A stretch of DNA of 40,939 bases from an uncultured Pelolinea sp. Lineage in GTDB: Bacteria; Chloroflexota; Anaerolineae; Anaerolineales; Anaerolineaceae. Below, in pieces: positions 30,692 to 38,628 of the stretch. The notes under the pieces are model-generated. The model did no database searches. It was not told the DNA's origin and saw only the letters and a program-made list of their open reading frames with translations. A program made the translations under genes and the position numbers. The DNA lies in assembly GCA_964540175.1 (NCBI GenBank), contig CAZILY010000002.1:1-40939 (forward strand), given 5' to 3'. Position 1 is the stretch's first letter. Each line of letters begins with the position of its first letter.

Positions 30692-31705
30692 TTAATTAAT
30701 TTCTTCAGTACTTTCTTGCTTGGCAGATCGGATCTTCCTAAGAATATCGGAAATGGATTCTCCTTGCCTCATCACTGCTATTAATCCGATAGCCGTTGTT
30801 AAAATGATTTGAACTAAATGAATCACAACTGCTATACCTAATGACTTTTCGACGCTTATACCAAAAACAGAAAGTGCCGCTATCATCGTGCCTTCAAATA
30901 CGCCTAACCCAGCTGGCGCAGATGGGAGGGCGATCCCTAAGGCAAGAACTCCTTCAGTAAAAATTGCCCACCAGAATTTAACACCGCTTTGAATTATATT
31001 AATGCCAAAAAAGAGGATAATAGTCCACAGAAACCATGAGATGATAATCCAAAAAAGAACTGAAATAAATTGCCTCCAATTAGCCATGATCAAGAATCCA
31101 TCAATGATCATCTCTATTTTCGGTAATATCTTTTCAATGAAATTCGTGTTTCTTTTTCCAATATTCCGTAACCAGATTTTTACTTTTCCAGCGTTCAAAG
31201 CTATTAGCAAACCAGATAGTAGAAAAAACAAAAAAAGAATAAGCAAGGCAAAAGCAATTGGGCGGATGTTATTTAATTGCGAGACAAACGGGAATGTAGT
31301 TAGAAACATAGAGGCCGCGATAACAAGGTCTAAAGACCTTTCTACGATAACGCTGGAAAATATTGTAAAGGCATGCTCTGAAGCAGGCTTTGAAAATAAT
31401 ATAGTCTTGACCAATTCGCCAGAGCGTGGGATTAGATTATTGAATAAATATGATTCATTAATTAATAAGAACGAATCGATAAATTTCACTCTCGGCAGCA
31501 ATTTCATCCATGCCACAGCCCTTGCAGCTAATGAAATTAGTGTCAAAACAACAATAATTAGAATATTTTTTAAACCAATTTCTGACATTGAATTAACCAA
31601 AACATTAATGTCTACAACTTTTGAAATAAAAAAAGATGCTAGAAGGCTGATCAAAATACCCGGCAGCCAACGCAGTGTTTTTTTAATTACTGACTCCTTT
31701 TTCAA
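30692..31705 (-). CDS. Lysylphosphatidylglycerol-synthase TM / UPF0104 flippase-like membrane protein
   Basis: NNLIPRSGELVK, VERSLD and LPSAPAGLGVFEG, with multiple TMs. TTG start overlaps the lepA stop. Confidence 0.82.
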   Translation of the reverse strand: MKKESVIKKTLRWLPGILISLLASFFISKVVDINVLVNSMSEIGLKNILIIVVLTLISLAARAVAWMKLLPRVKFIDSFLLINESYLFNNLIPRSGELVKTILFSKPASEHAFTIFSSVIVERSLDLVIAASMFLTTFPFVSQLNNIRPIAFALLILFLFFLLSGLLIALNAGKVKIWLRNIGKRNTNFIEKILPKIEMIIDGFLIMANWRQFISVLFWIIISWFLWTIILFFGINIIQSGVKFWWAIFTEGVLALGIALPSAPAGLGVFEGTMIAALSVFGISVEKSLGIAVVIHLVQIILTTAIGLIAVMRQGESISDILRKIRSAKQESTEEIN

Positions 31706-33501
31706 TCACCCTCCAACCGCAATACTGCCATGAAAGCTTCCTGCGGAATATCAACATTCCCGATTTGTTTCATGCGCTTTTTACCCTTTTTCTGTTTTTC
31801 CAAGAGCTTTCTTTTTCGGCTAACGTCTCCTCCATAGCATTTTGAAGTCACGTCTTTTCGCAAAGCTTTCACGTTAGCCCTCGAAATAATCCTTCCATCT
31901 GCAGATGCCTGAATAGCCACATCGAATAGCTGCCTAGGAATCAATTTCTTCATTTTGGTTACTAATTTTTGGCCTTTATTGTATGACTGCTCACGATGGA
32001 CAATAGTTGCCAGCGCATCTACGGATTCCCCCCCAATTAGCATTTCCAACTTTACTAGATTTCCTGGTTTATATTCGCGAAACTGGTAATCCATTGAGGC
32101 GTAACCGCGAGTCTTCGATTTTAGATCATCGAAAAAATCTATAATTATCTCTGATAAAGGTACTTCAAACCGAAGCTGAACGCGATTTGGAGCAGGGTAT
32201 TCCTGTTCAATAAAAATCCCATTACGCTTAGTAACAATTTCCATTACAGCGCCATAATACTCAGTAGGTGTAAATATCCATAAATCCATCCATGGTTCCC
32301 GAATTTCACCAATTGAACTCTCTTCTGGTAAATCAACTGGGGAATCGATAAATGTGGATTTTCCATCTTGGGAAATAATTTCATATTCCACCGTAGGTGC
32401 AGTTAATATAATATCCAGGTCATATTCCCTTTCTAATCTTTCCTGGATAATTTCCATGTGAAAAAGTCCTAAGAATCCACACCGGAAGCCGAAATTTAAC
32501 GCTTGTGATGTTTCCGGTTCAAAAACCAACGAGGCATCATTCAGCTGCAATTTACCAAGTGCCTCTTTAAGATCTCCATAACTCTCACCTTCAACTGGAT
32601 AAACTCCAGCATAAACCATCGGCTTTGGATTCTGGTACCCTTTCAGTGGTGTCTCTGATGGATTAGAAATTGAAGTGATTGTATCGCCTACTCTGCATTC
32701 CTGCACGGTTTTTAATCCAGTAGCAATGTATCCCACATCTCCTGGTTCCAGTAAGTCAATCTCCACCATGCCGGGGTTAAAAACCCCAATCTCTACTGGC
32801 TTAAAATCTAAATCCGTTGCCATTAAACGTAGTAAATCTTTTTGATTGATACTTCCTTCAAACAATCTAATGTAAGCGATAACCCCTTTAAAGGAATCGT
32901 AATGAGAATCAAATATCAACGCTTGGGTTGGGTTATTTTTTGCCCCTTTTGGGGGGGGGATTTTCTCAACGATCGCTTTCAACACTTCTTCAATGTTTAA
33001 TCCTTGTTTTGCTGAAACGCGTATCATTTCAGTAGAGTCAATTCCAAGTAAATTACTCAAGTCATCAGCAACATCGTCGGGGTGTGCAGAAGGTAAATCG
33101 ATTTTATTAAGAACCGGTATGATTACAAGATCAGATTCAAGCGCCAGATAAAGATTTGCTAAAGTTTGTGCTTCAATCCCCTGGGTAGCATCCACAACAA
33201 GCAATGCTCCCTCGCAAGCAGCAAGTGCTCTACTTACCTCATAATTAAAATCCACATGTCCTGGAGTATCAATTAAATTAAGTTCATACTCTATATCATG
33301 ATACAGGTAAGACATTCGCACCGCAGATGCTTTGATAGTAACGCCTTTTTCCCGTTCGAGATCCATGGTATCAAGCAATTGATCAACCATCTCTCGTTCA
33401 GAAACAGTTCCAGTAACCTGTAAAAGGCGATCGGCCAAGGTAGACTTACCATGGTCCACATGGGCTATTATGCAGAAATTTCTTTTTAATTTAGTTTGCA
33501 T
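31702..33501 (-). CDS. lepA: Translation elongation factor 4
   Basis: RNFCIIAHVDHGKSTLADR, DTPGHVDF, NKID, GFRCGFLGLFHMEI and KCYGGDVSRKRKLLEKQK. Confidence 0.99.
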   Translation of the reverse strand: MQTKLKRNFCIIAHVDHGKSTLADRLLQVTGTVSEREMVDQLLDTMDLEREKGVTIKASAVRMSYLYHDIEYELNLIDTPGHVDFNYEVSRALAACEGALLVVDATQGIEAQTLANLYLALESDLVIIPVLNKIDLPSAHPDDVADDLSNLLGIDSTEMIRVSAKQGLNIEEVLKAIVEKIPPPKGAKNNPTQALIFDSHYDSFKGVIAYIRLFEGSINQKDLLRLMATDLDFKPVEIGVFNPGMVEIDLLEPGDVGYIATGLKTVQECRVGDTITSISNPSETPLKGYQNPKPMVYAGVYPVEGESYGDLKEALGKLQLNDASLVFEPETSQALNFGFRCGFLGLFHMEIIQERLEREYDLDIILTAPTVEYEIISQDGKSTFIDSPVDLPEESSIGEIREPWMDLWIFTPTEYYGAVMEIVTKRNGIFIEQEYPAPNRVQLRFEVPLSEIIIDFFDDLKSKTRGYASMDYQFREYKPGNLVKLEMLIGGESVDALATIVHREQSYNKGQKLVTKMKKLIPRQLFDVAIQASADGRIISRANVKALRKDVTSKCYGGDVSRKRKLLEKQKKGKKRMKQIGNVDIPQEAFMAVLRLEGD

Positions 33502-33539
33502 ACCAACCTTTTAGTATACACGATAAGTCGAGTCCACCT

Positions 33540-34292
33540 TCATTCGCCTTTGAATGGCTCTAATTTGAGATATGTGAGGAATTCAACATTCCCTTTCGGC
33601 CCTTTGATAGGTGATTCAGTTACCCCAAGCACATCAAATCCTTCATTTTGTACTGCAGATAATATGTCTTTAACAACTTTCTGCCGCTCTTTATCGCTGC
33701 GAATAACCCCCCTCCCTTTTGCAGCGATTTTTCTGCCTACTTCAAATTGAGGTTTTATCAAGGCGATTACTCGCATTTTCGTTTCTTGCTTACACCAATA
33801 TTTTACAATCGGGAAAATCCTCTTCAGGGAAATAAAAGAAACATCAATTGTTACCAGCTCAATAGGTTCAGGAAAACCTTTCACATCTTTTACATTTACC
33901 CTCTCCATAACAATCACATTCGGATTATTCCGTAAAGAATAATGAAGTTGGCCAAACCCTACATCTACCGAATATACTTTCTCAGCGCCATTTTGTAAAA
34001 GGCAATCTGTAAAACCGCCTGTCGATGCGCCAATATCCGCACAAATTTTTCCTTCAATATCATTTATATTAAATTCGGCGATCGCTTTTTCCAGTTTTAG
34101 TCCACCTCTAGAAACATACTTAGGTTTAGTCTTAATTACAATATGGCAAGAAGGATCAAATAAATCGGATGATTTATGAACAAGTTGACCATCCACCGTT
34201 ACCTCTCCTGCCATAACTAACCGCTGAGCTTTATTACGGCTTTCAGCCAGCCCAAAACTTGTTATTAGAATGTCTATCCTTCGTTTCTTCAT
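33540..34292 (-). CDS. tlyA: TlyA family rRNA 2'-O-methyltransferase
   Basis: S4 domain, YVSRGGLKL, DIGASTGGFTD, DVSFISL, LIKPQFE and SPIKG..GNVEF. Confidence 0.95.
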   Translation of the reverse strand: MKKRRIDILITSFGLAESRNKAQRLVMAGEVTVDGQLVHKSSDLFDPSCHIVIKTKPKYVSRGGLKLEKAIAEFNINDIEGKICADIGASTGGFTDCLLQNGAEKVYSVDVGFGQLHYSLRNNPNVIVMERVNVKDVKGFPEPIELVTIDVSFISLKRIFPIVKYWCKQETKMRVIALIKPQFEVGRKIAAKGRGVIRSDKERQKVVKDILSAVQNEGFDVLGVTESPIKGPKGNVEFLTYLKLEPFKGE

Positions 34293-34307
34293 AATTCCTT
34301 TGTACTA

Positions 34308-34331
34308 ATTCTAATCGGCAAATGTGATAAT
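34308..34331. promoter_or_regulatory. Back-to-back divergent -10 elements
   Basis: Minus strand TAGAAT (34308-34313) upstream of the tlyA RBS. Plus strand TGtGATAAT (34323-34331), 8 nt before ATG 34340, with no SD. Confidence 0.5.
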
Positions 34332-34339
34332 ATTTTTAA

Positions 34340-35209
34340 ATGTTAACAAATATTATTAAAACTTTCCGAATCAAACAGTGGATTAAAAATGTTTTTCTCT
34401 TTGCTGCCATCGTGTTTGATGGTCAACTGTTTAATATTGATGCATTTTCTCGTACATTGGCCGGCTTTCTAATTTTTTGCTTTTTATCAAGTAGTGTTTA
34501 TACCCTAAATGATGTCTTCGATAAAGAAGCAGACAAACAGCACCCTGTAAAAAGCAAGCGCCCAATAGCATCCGGGAAAATTCCTTTGCATACGGCCATC
34601 TTTATCACACTGCTAATGAGTTCCCTAGCTTTTATTGCTGCATACTTCCTTTCTCTTTCCTTTCTCATCCTATGTAGTGTTTATCTTCTAATTAATATCC
34701 TCTATTCAAAATGGTTAAAACACATCCCAATTTTAGATGTTATGATCATTGCAACAGGATTTGTTCTCCGGGTTGCCGCTGGTGTTTCATTGATCAAAGT
34801 AGACAGATTTTCTCCCTGGTTATATGTTGTTACTACCTTGCTATCCTTGTTTATTGGATTCGGAAAAAGGCGGGCGGAACTGGTTCTTTTATCAAAAAAC
34901 GCCAACCAGCATAGAGCTGTTTTTGAGGGGTATTCGATCCCATTCCTTGACCAATTAATCACGATCGTTTCAAGCACAACTGTCGTTTCATACAGTTTAT
35001 ATACTTTTTCCGCACCCAATTTACCAGAAAATCATTCGATGATGCTAACCATACCCTTTGTTCTATATGGAATTTTTCGATATCTATATCTCATTCAAAT
35101 AAAACAATCAGGTGGAGCTCCAGAAGAACTTGTTCTAAAAGATAAACCTCTTCAACTATCTGTGTTTTTCTATGGGATCAGTGTTCTAATGGTTTTCTAT
35201 TTTATTTAA
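34340..35209 (+). CDS. UbiA-family decaprenyl/polyprenyl-phosphate phosphoribosyltransferase (Rv3806c-like)
   Basis: R.KQW.KN, SSVY..ND..D...D..HP.K..RPIASG, YSKWLKH...LDV, GFVLRVAAG and FGKRRAEL. Confidence 0.85.
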   Translation: MLTNIIKTFRIKQWIKNVFLFAAIVFDGQLFNIDAFSRTLAGFLIFCFLSSSVYTLNDVFDKEADKQHPVKSKRPIASGKIPLHTAIFITLLMSSLAFIAAYFLSLSFLILCSVYLLINILYSKWLKHIPILDVMIIATGFVLRVAAGVSLIKVDRFSPWLYVVTTLLSLFIGFGKRRAELVLLSKNANQHRAVFEGYSIPFLDQLITIVSSTTVVSYSLYTFSAPNLPENHSMMLTIPFVLYGIFRYLYLIQIKQSGGAPEELVLKDKPLQLSVFFYGISVLMVFYFI

Positions 35210-35213
35210 ATTT

Positions 35214-36179
35214 ATGCCCGCAATTATCTCAAAAGCCTCGGGGAAGATTATCTTGTTCGGTGAACATGCCGTTGTCTATGGTTATCCTGCCATTGCTGTA
35301 CCGATAGACGCAGTCCAAGTAAAAGTATCTATTCTTCCTGCCATTAATAAGGAGCAGTCTATCATTAAGCTTCGTAATATTAATTGGCATGATGACATTC
35401 TATTCTCTGCGCTTGACGAAAATGACCCTATTCGAATATCTATAAAAAACGTATTCGCTCTAATCAACCAAAATCCTCCTCATTTTGAGATGATCGTTTC
35501 TTCAACCATACCGATTGCCGCTGGATTAGGCTCCAGCGCAGCATTGGCTGTAGCTATAACAAAGGGGATGAGCCAATTTTTAGGCATATACCTATCAAAT
35601 GACAAAATAAATGCATTAGCATATAAATCCGAAGAAATCCAACATGGTTCTCCCTCTGGAATTGACAATAGTGTTATCACATTTGGTCGTCCAATCCTCT
35701 ATAGTAAAACAAAGAATATTTCTCAAATTGAAATAAAGAATGTAATACACATCATCCTTGCAGATTCAGGAAAACGTACATTAACCAAAGATGTGGTAGC
35801 CCTTGTGAAAAAAAACTTGGAAAAGAATCCGGATTTCATCAAACCAATTCTGGCTGAAATTGGAGATTTAGTTGAAGAGGCCGCGGAAGCATTACTTTAC
35901 GGAAGAATAAAGATAATTGGCAGCTTAATGGTTCGTAACCACATTGCTTTAAAAAAATTAGGGGTTTCCTCAATTGAGCTTGACCAATTAGTTGAATCCG
36001 CTTTAGAAAATGGTGCTTTGGGAGCCAAATTATGTGGAGGAGGAAAGGGCGGATACATGGTCGCTATTTGCGATCCTGCGTCCTGCGAAAGAATTAGTTC
36101 AGGTTTAGTTGCAGACGGAGCAACACATATAATATCTACTAAGATCGTTGGTTCAAAAAAAGAAAATAATTTATGTTGA
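35214..36179 (+). CDS. mvk: Mevalonate kinase
   Basis: GKIILFGEHAVVYG, GHMP motif PIAAGLGSSAA, HGSPSGIDN and GAKLCGGGKGG. Confidence 0.93.
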   Translation: MPAIISKASGKIILFGEHAVVYGYPAIAVPIDAVQVKVSILPAINKEQSIIKLRNINWHDDILFSALDENDPIRISIKNVFALINQNPPHFEMIVSSTIPIAAGLGSSAALAVAITKGMSQFLGIYLSNDKINALAYKSEEIQHGSPSGIDNSVITFGRPILYSKTKNISQIEIKNVIHIILADSGKRTLTKDVVALVKKNLEKNPDFIKPILAEIGDLVEEAAEALLYGRIKIIGSLMVRNHIALKKLGVSSIELDQLVESALENGALGAKLCGGGKGGYMVAICDPASCERISSGLVADGATHIISTKIVGSKKENNLC

Positions 36180-36964
36180 TATTCCTAAAACTTGGTGGAT
36201 CCCTAATTACTAATAAAGACATCCCCTTTTCTGCAAGAAAAGAAACTTTAAAACGTTTGGGAGCTGAAATCGCAAGATCAATTGACATGTTTCCCAAGTT
36301 AGAATTACTTATCGGTCATGGATCAGGGTCATTTGGACACTCAGCCGCTGCACAATTTGGAACGCGGGCCGGCATCCGTTCAGTGGAAGATTGGCTTGGA
36401 TTCCAGAAAGTATGGTTAGCCGCGCATCAATTGAACCAAATTGTGATCAATGAATTTCTTGACATAGGTTTGCCTATCATTTCTCTACCAGTTTCCGCAT
36501 CTCTTGTTTCAAAAAATAGTAAGGTTTACAAGTGGAATACTTATTCGATTATTTCAAGCTTAGAAAACCACCTCCTGCCAATAGTGTTTGGGGATGTGGT
36601 TATCGACAGAGAATTAGGAGCAACAATTTTTTCTACAGAAGAATTGTTCTCATACTTAGTCACTATTTTGCATCCAAACCGTATTCTATTAGCCGGGAAA
36701 GAAAACGGAGTGTATTCAGATTATCCACATAATCAGGATTTAATCCCCTTGATCACCCCGGATTCTTACCCGTCGATATCAAATAAAATAGATGCTTCCG
36801 CATCAATAGATGTAACCGGAGGAATGGCCTCAAAAGTGAGAAACATGCTAAATTTAATTACAATTGAGAAAAATTTAACTATTGATATTTTTTCCGGGGA
36901 AGGAGAAGATAATCTTTACAAAATTATATCCGGCGAAAATTTTGGGACTAGACTTTCTCGCTGA
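36173..36964 (+). CDS. ipk: Isopentenyl phosphate kinase
   Basis: Amino-acid-kinase fold: LKLGGSLITNK, HGSGSFGH (IPK signature His), FGDVV.D and DVTGGM..KV. Overlaps mvk. Confidence 0.9.
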   Translation: MLIFLKLGGSLITNKDIPFSARKETLKRLGAEIARSIDMFPKLELLIGHGSGSFGHSAAAQFGTRAGIRSVEDWLGFQKVWLAAHQLNQIVINEFLDIGLPIISLPVSASLVSKNSKVYKWNTYSIISSLENHLLPIVFGDVVIDRELGATIFSTEELFSYLVTILHPNRILLAGKENGVYSDYPHNQDLIPLITPDSYPSISNKIDASASIDVTGGMASKVRNMLNLITIEKNLTIDIFSGEGEDNLYKIISGENFGTRLSR

Positions 36965-37026
36965 TTCCTCAAAATCCAAGAATTCTTATATAGTACAATC
37001 TATCAATCGAGGGCTTTATAACTATT

Positions 37027-37494
37027 ATGTATGATCCTATTTTTTTAACTGAAGAAGGAATACAAAAGATCAAAGAAGAACTTAAAGAATTAAAAGGATC
37101 TGCCCGCGCTGAGTTAGCTGCCAGATTAAGGTCGGCCATTGAAATGGGAGACCTTTCTGAGAATGCGGACTATATTAAAGCAAAGGAAGACCAAGGGTTC
37201 ACAGAAGGTAAAATCCAAGAATTGGAAGAAACCCTTAAACGATCAAAAGTAATTGACCAGCTAAATAATTCCTCTGAAACGGTTCAAATTGGATCAAGTG
37301 TTTTGGTAAAAGAAGAAGGGTACGAACAAGAGCTCATTCGCATTGTTGGATCTAAAGAAGCCAATCCAGATTCGGGTAAATTATCCTACGAATCTCCTAT
37401 CGGAAGCGCTCTTCTTGGACATAAAATTAGTGACATTGTACGTGTTAAAACACCAGGGGGTGGAATCAATTTCAAGATCATCGAAATTAAATAA
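37027..37494 (+). CDS. greA: Transcription elongation factor GreA
   Basis: GDLSENADY..AKE.Q, EA.P..GKLSYESPIGSALLG. Confidence 0.97.
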   Translation: MYDPIFLTEEGIQKIKEELKELKGSARAELAARLRSAIEMGDLSENADYIKAKEDQGFTEGKIQELEETLKRSKVIDQLNNSSETVQIGSSVLVKEEGYEQELIRIVGSKEANPDSGKLSYESPIGSALLGHKISDIVRVKTPGGGINFKIIEIK

Positions 37495-37529
37495 AAGAAA
37501 CCCGGGTAAGCCGGGTTCGGGTTTCTTTT
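37493..37529. terminator. Bidirectional intrinsic terminator
   Basis: AAAAGAAACCCG (37493-37504) / CGGGTTTCTTTT (37518-37529) between convergent genes. Confidence 0.9.
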
Positions 37530-37540
37530 AATATGTATTA

Positions 37541-38581
37541 TTATTTTGGCCAAACAGACACTTCAAGTGTAAGCCGTGAAAAATAACTATTTTCAGGTAA
37601 AGGCCCGCGAGCATATACCATATCAATCACATGGGCTTCTAATTGAAGAGATTCGGTTTCCATTAAGAAACGCATACCTGGCTCAATTAATATTGGTTCT
37701 CCTTTGGAAAGGAGCCTCTGCCGCAAAGCAGAATCATTATTTGCGTGCTCACTCATTAGCACTTTAGTAACAGTCTGAATATCATTCTTGTCGAACAGCC
37801 AAACCTCAAGCGCTGTTACCTTTTTAGGATCACCCACACCAATAGTTTCAGCAATTCCAACACCGCACTCTCCTAAAAACTCACCATTCACAGAGTCAAT
37901 GCTAAATGAATCGTCATATAAATCGTCACCCTGGCGATAAGTTGTCATAAATTGTGCTAGCGGGGAATCTTTAACAGATTTTTCTTTTTTCTTTTCCTCA
38001 ATATTGTTTTTTGGAATCACGAATTTTGCAGCTTTAATTTTTCTTTCACCACTTTCGCCTTTATTTTTTCTAATCATCAGAAAAATTAATATTCCTCCAG
38101 CAACGAGTGTAAGTAAAATTAGGATCGCAAGAGGAAGAATTGAGATCGTTTTAACATCTGGAATTGGTTCGTCTTCAAAACCCAAGTAATCTAATTCAGT
38201 TTCGTCTTCAACAAATTCTTCATCTATAACGTCAATTTGAAAGCCTACAACCTCTTTAAAGGCATCAATTTCGGCAGCAGAAGTAAATCGACAAACCGCT
38301 GGTGTTAGTGTATTTAATAATTCGTCAGCGTTTTCACCTATCCCATCCCAACGAAGTTGCATCAGCTGATCATCTTGATTTCGTATATAAGAATCAATCG
38401 TCATACAAAGGTAGTCTCTTTGGTAATCAATCTGGAGATCAGTTGGAGCAGCATCAACCCATTTCACTGGCAACACGCCCCAACCTAATGCAACAAGGCC
38501 TATTACCATCCCTACTATTAATCCGACTAAACCATAACTGATCGGATTCTTGAAAAAATCTTTTATTTTATCCATAGTCAT
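37541..38581 (-). CDS. Hypothetical two-TM membrane protein
   Basis: Long ORF with AGGAGA RBS. N-terminal TM, acidic loop, second TM, Lys-rich linker and a beta-rich C-terminal domain. Confidence 0.8.
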   Translation of the reverse strand: MTMDKIKDFFKNPISYGLVGLIVGMVIGLVALGWGVLPVKWVDAAPTDLQIDYQRDYLCMTIDSYIRNQDDQLMQLRWDGIGENADELLNTLTPAVCRFTSAAEIDAFKEVVGFQIDVIDEEFVEDETELDYLGFEDEPIPDVKTISILPLAILILLTLVAGGILIFLMIRKNKGESGERKIKAAKFVIPKNNIEEKKKEKSVKDSPLAQFMTTYRQGDDLYDDSFSIDSVNGEFLGECGVGIAETIGVGDPKKVTALEVWLFDKNDIQTVTKVLMSEHANNDSALRQRLLSKGEPILIEPGMRFLMETESLQLEAHVIDMVYARGPLPENSYFSRLTLEVSVWPK

Positions 38582-38628
38582 TTCTCCTGTAATTTGACAA
38601 GATCAACACAATGTATGGGATGCAAGTT

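Noticed and set aside
31002-31733. 243-aa plus-strand ORF
   Set aside because: Antisense shadow of the flippase-like gene, with no recognisable features.
33540-34292. TlyA as a haemolysin
   Set aside because: This is a legacy annotation; the S4 plus methyltransferase motifs and housekeeping context indicate rRNA methylation.
34340-35209. UbiA protein as archaeal ether-lipid DGGGP synthase
   Set aside because: Tempting next to mvk-ipk, but QW.KN, HP.K..RPIASG and KRRAEL fit the Rv3806c-like phosphoribosyltransferase subfamily.
36173-36964. Acetylglutamate, uridylate or glutamate kinase
   Set aside because: The GSFGH signature and the overlap with mvk favour isopentenyl phosphate kinase.
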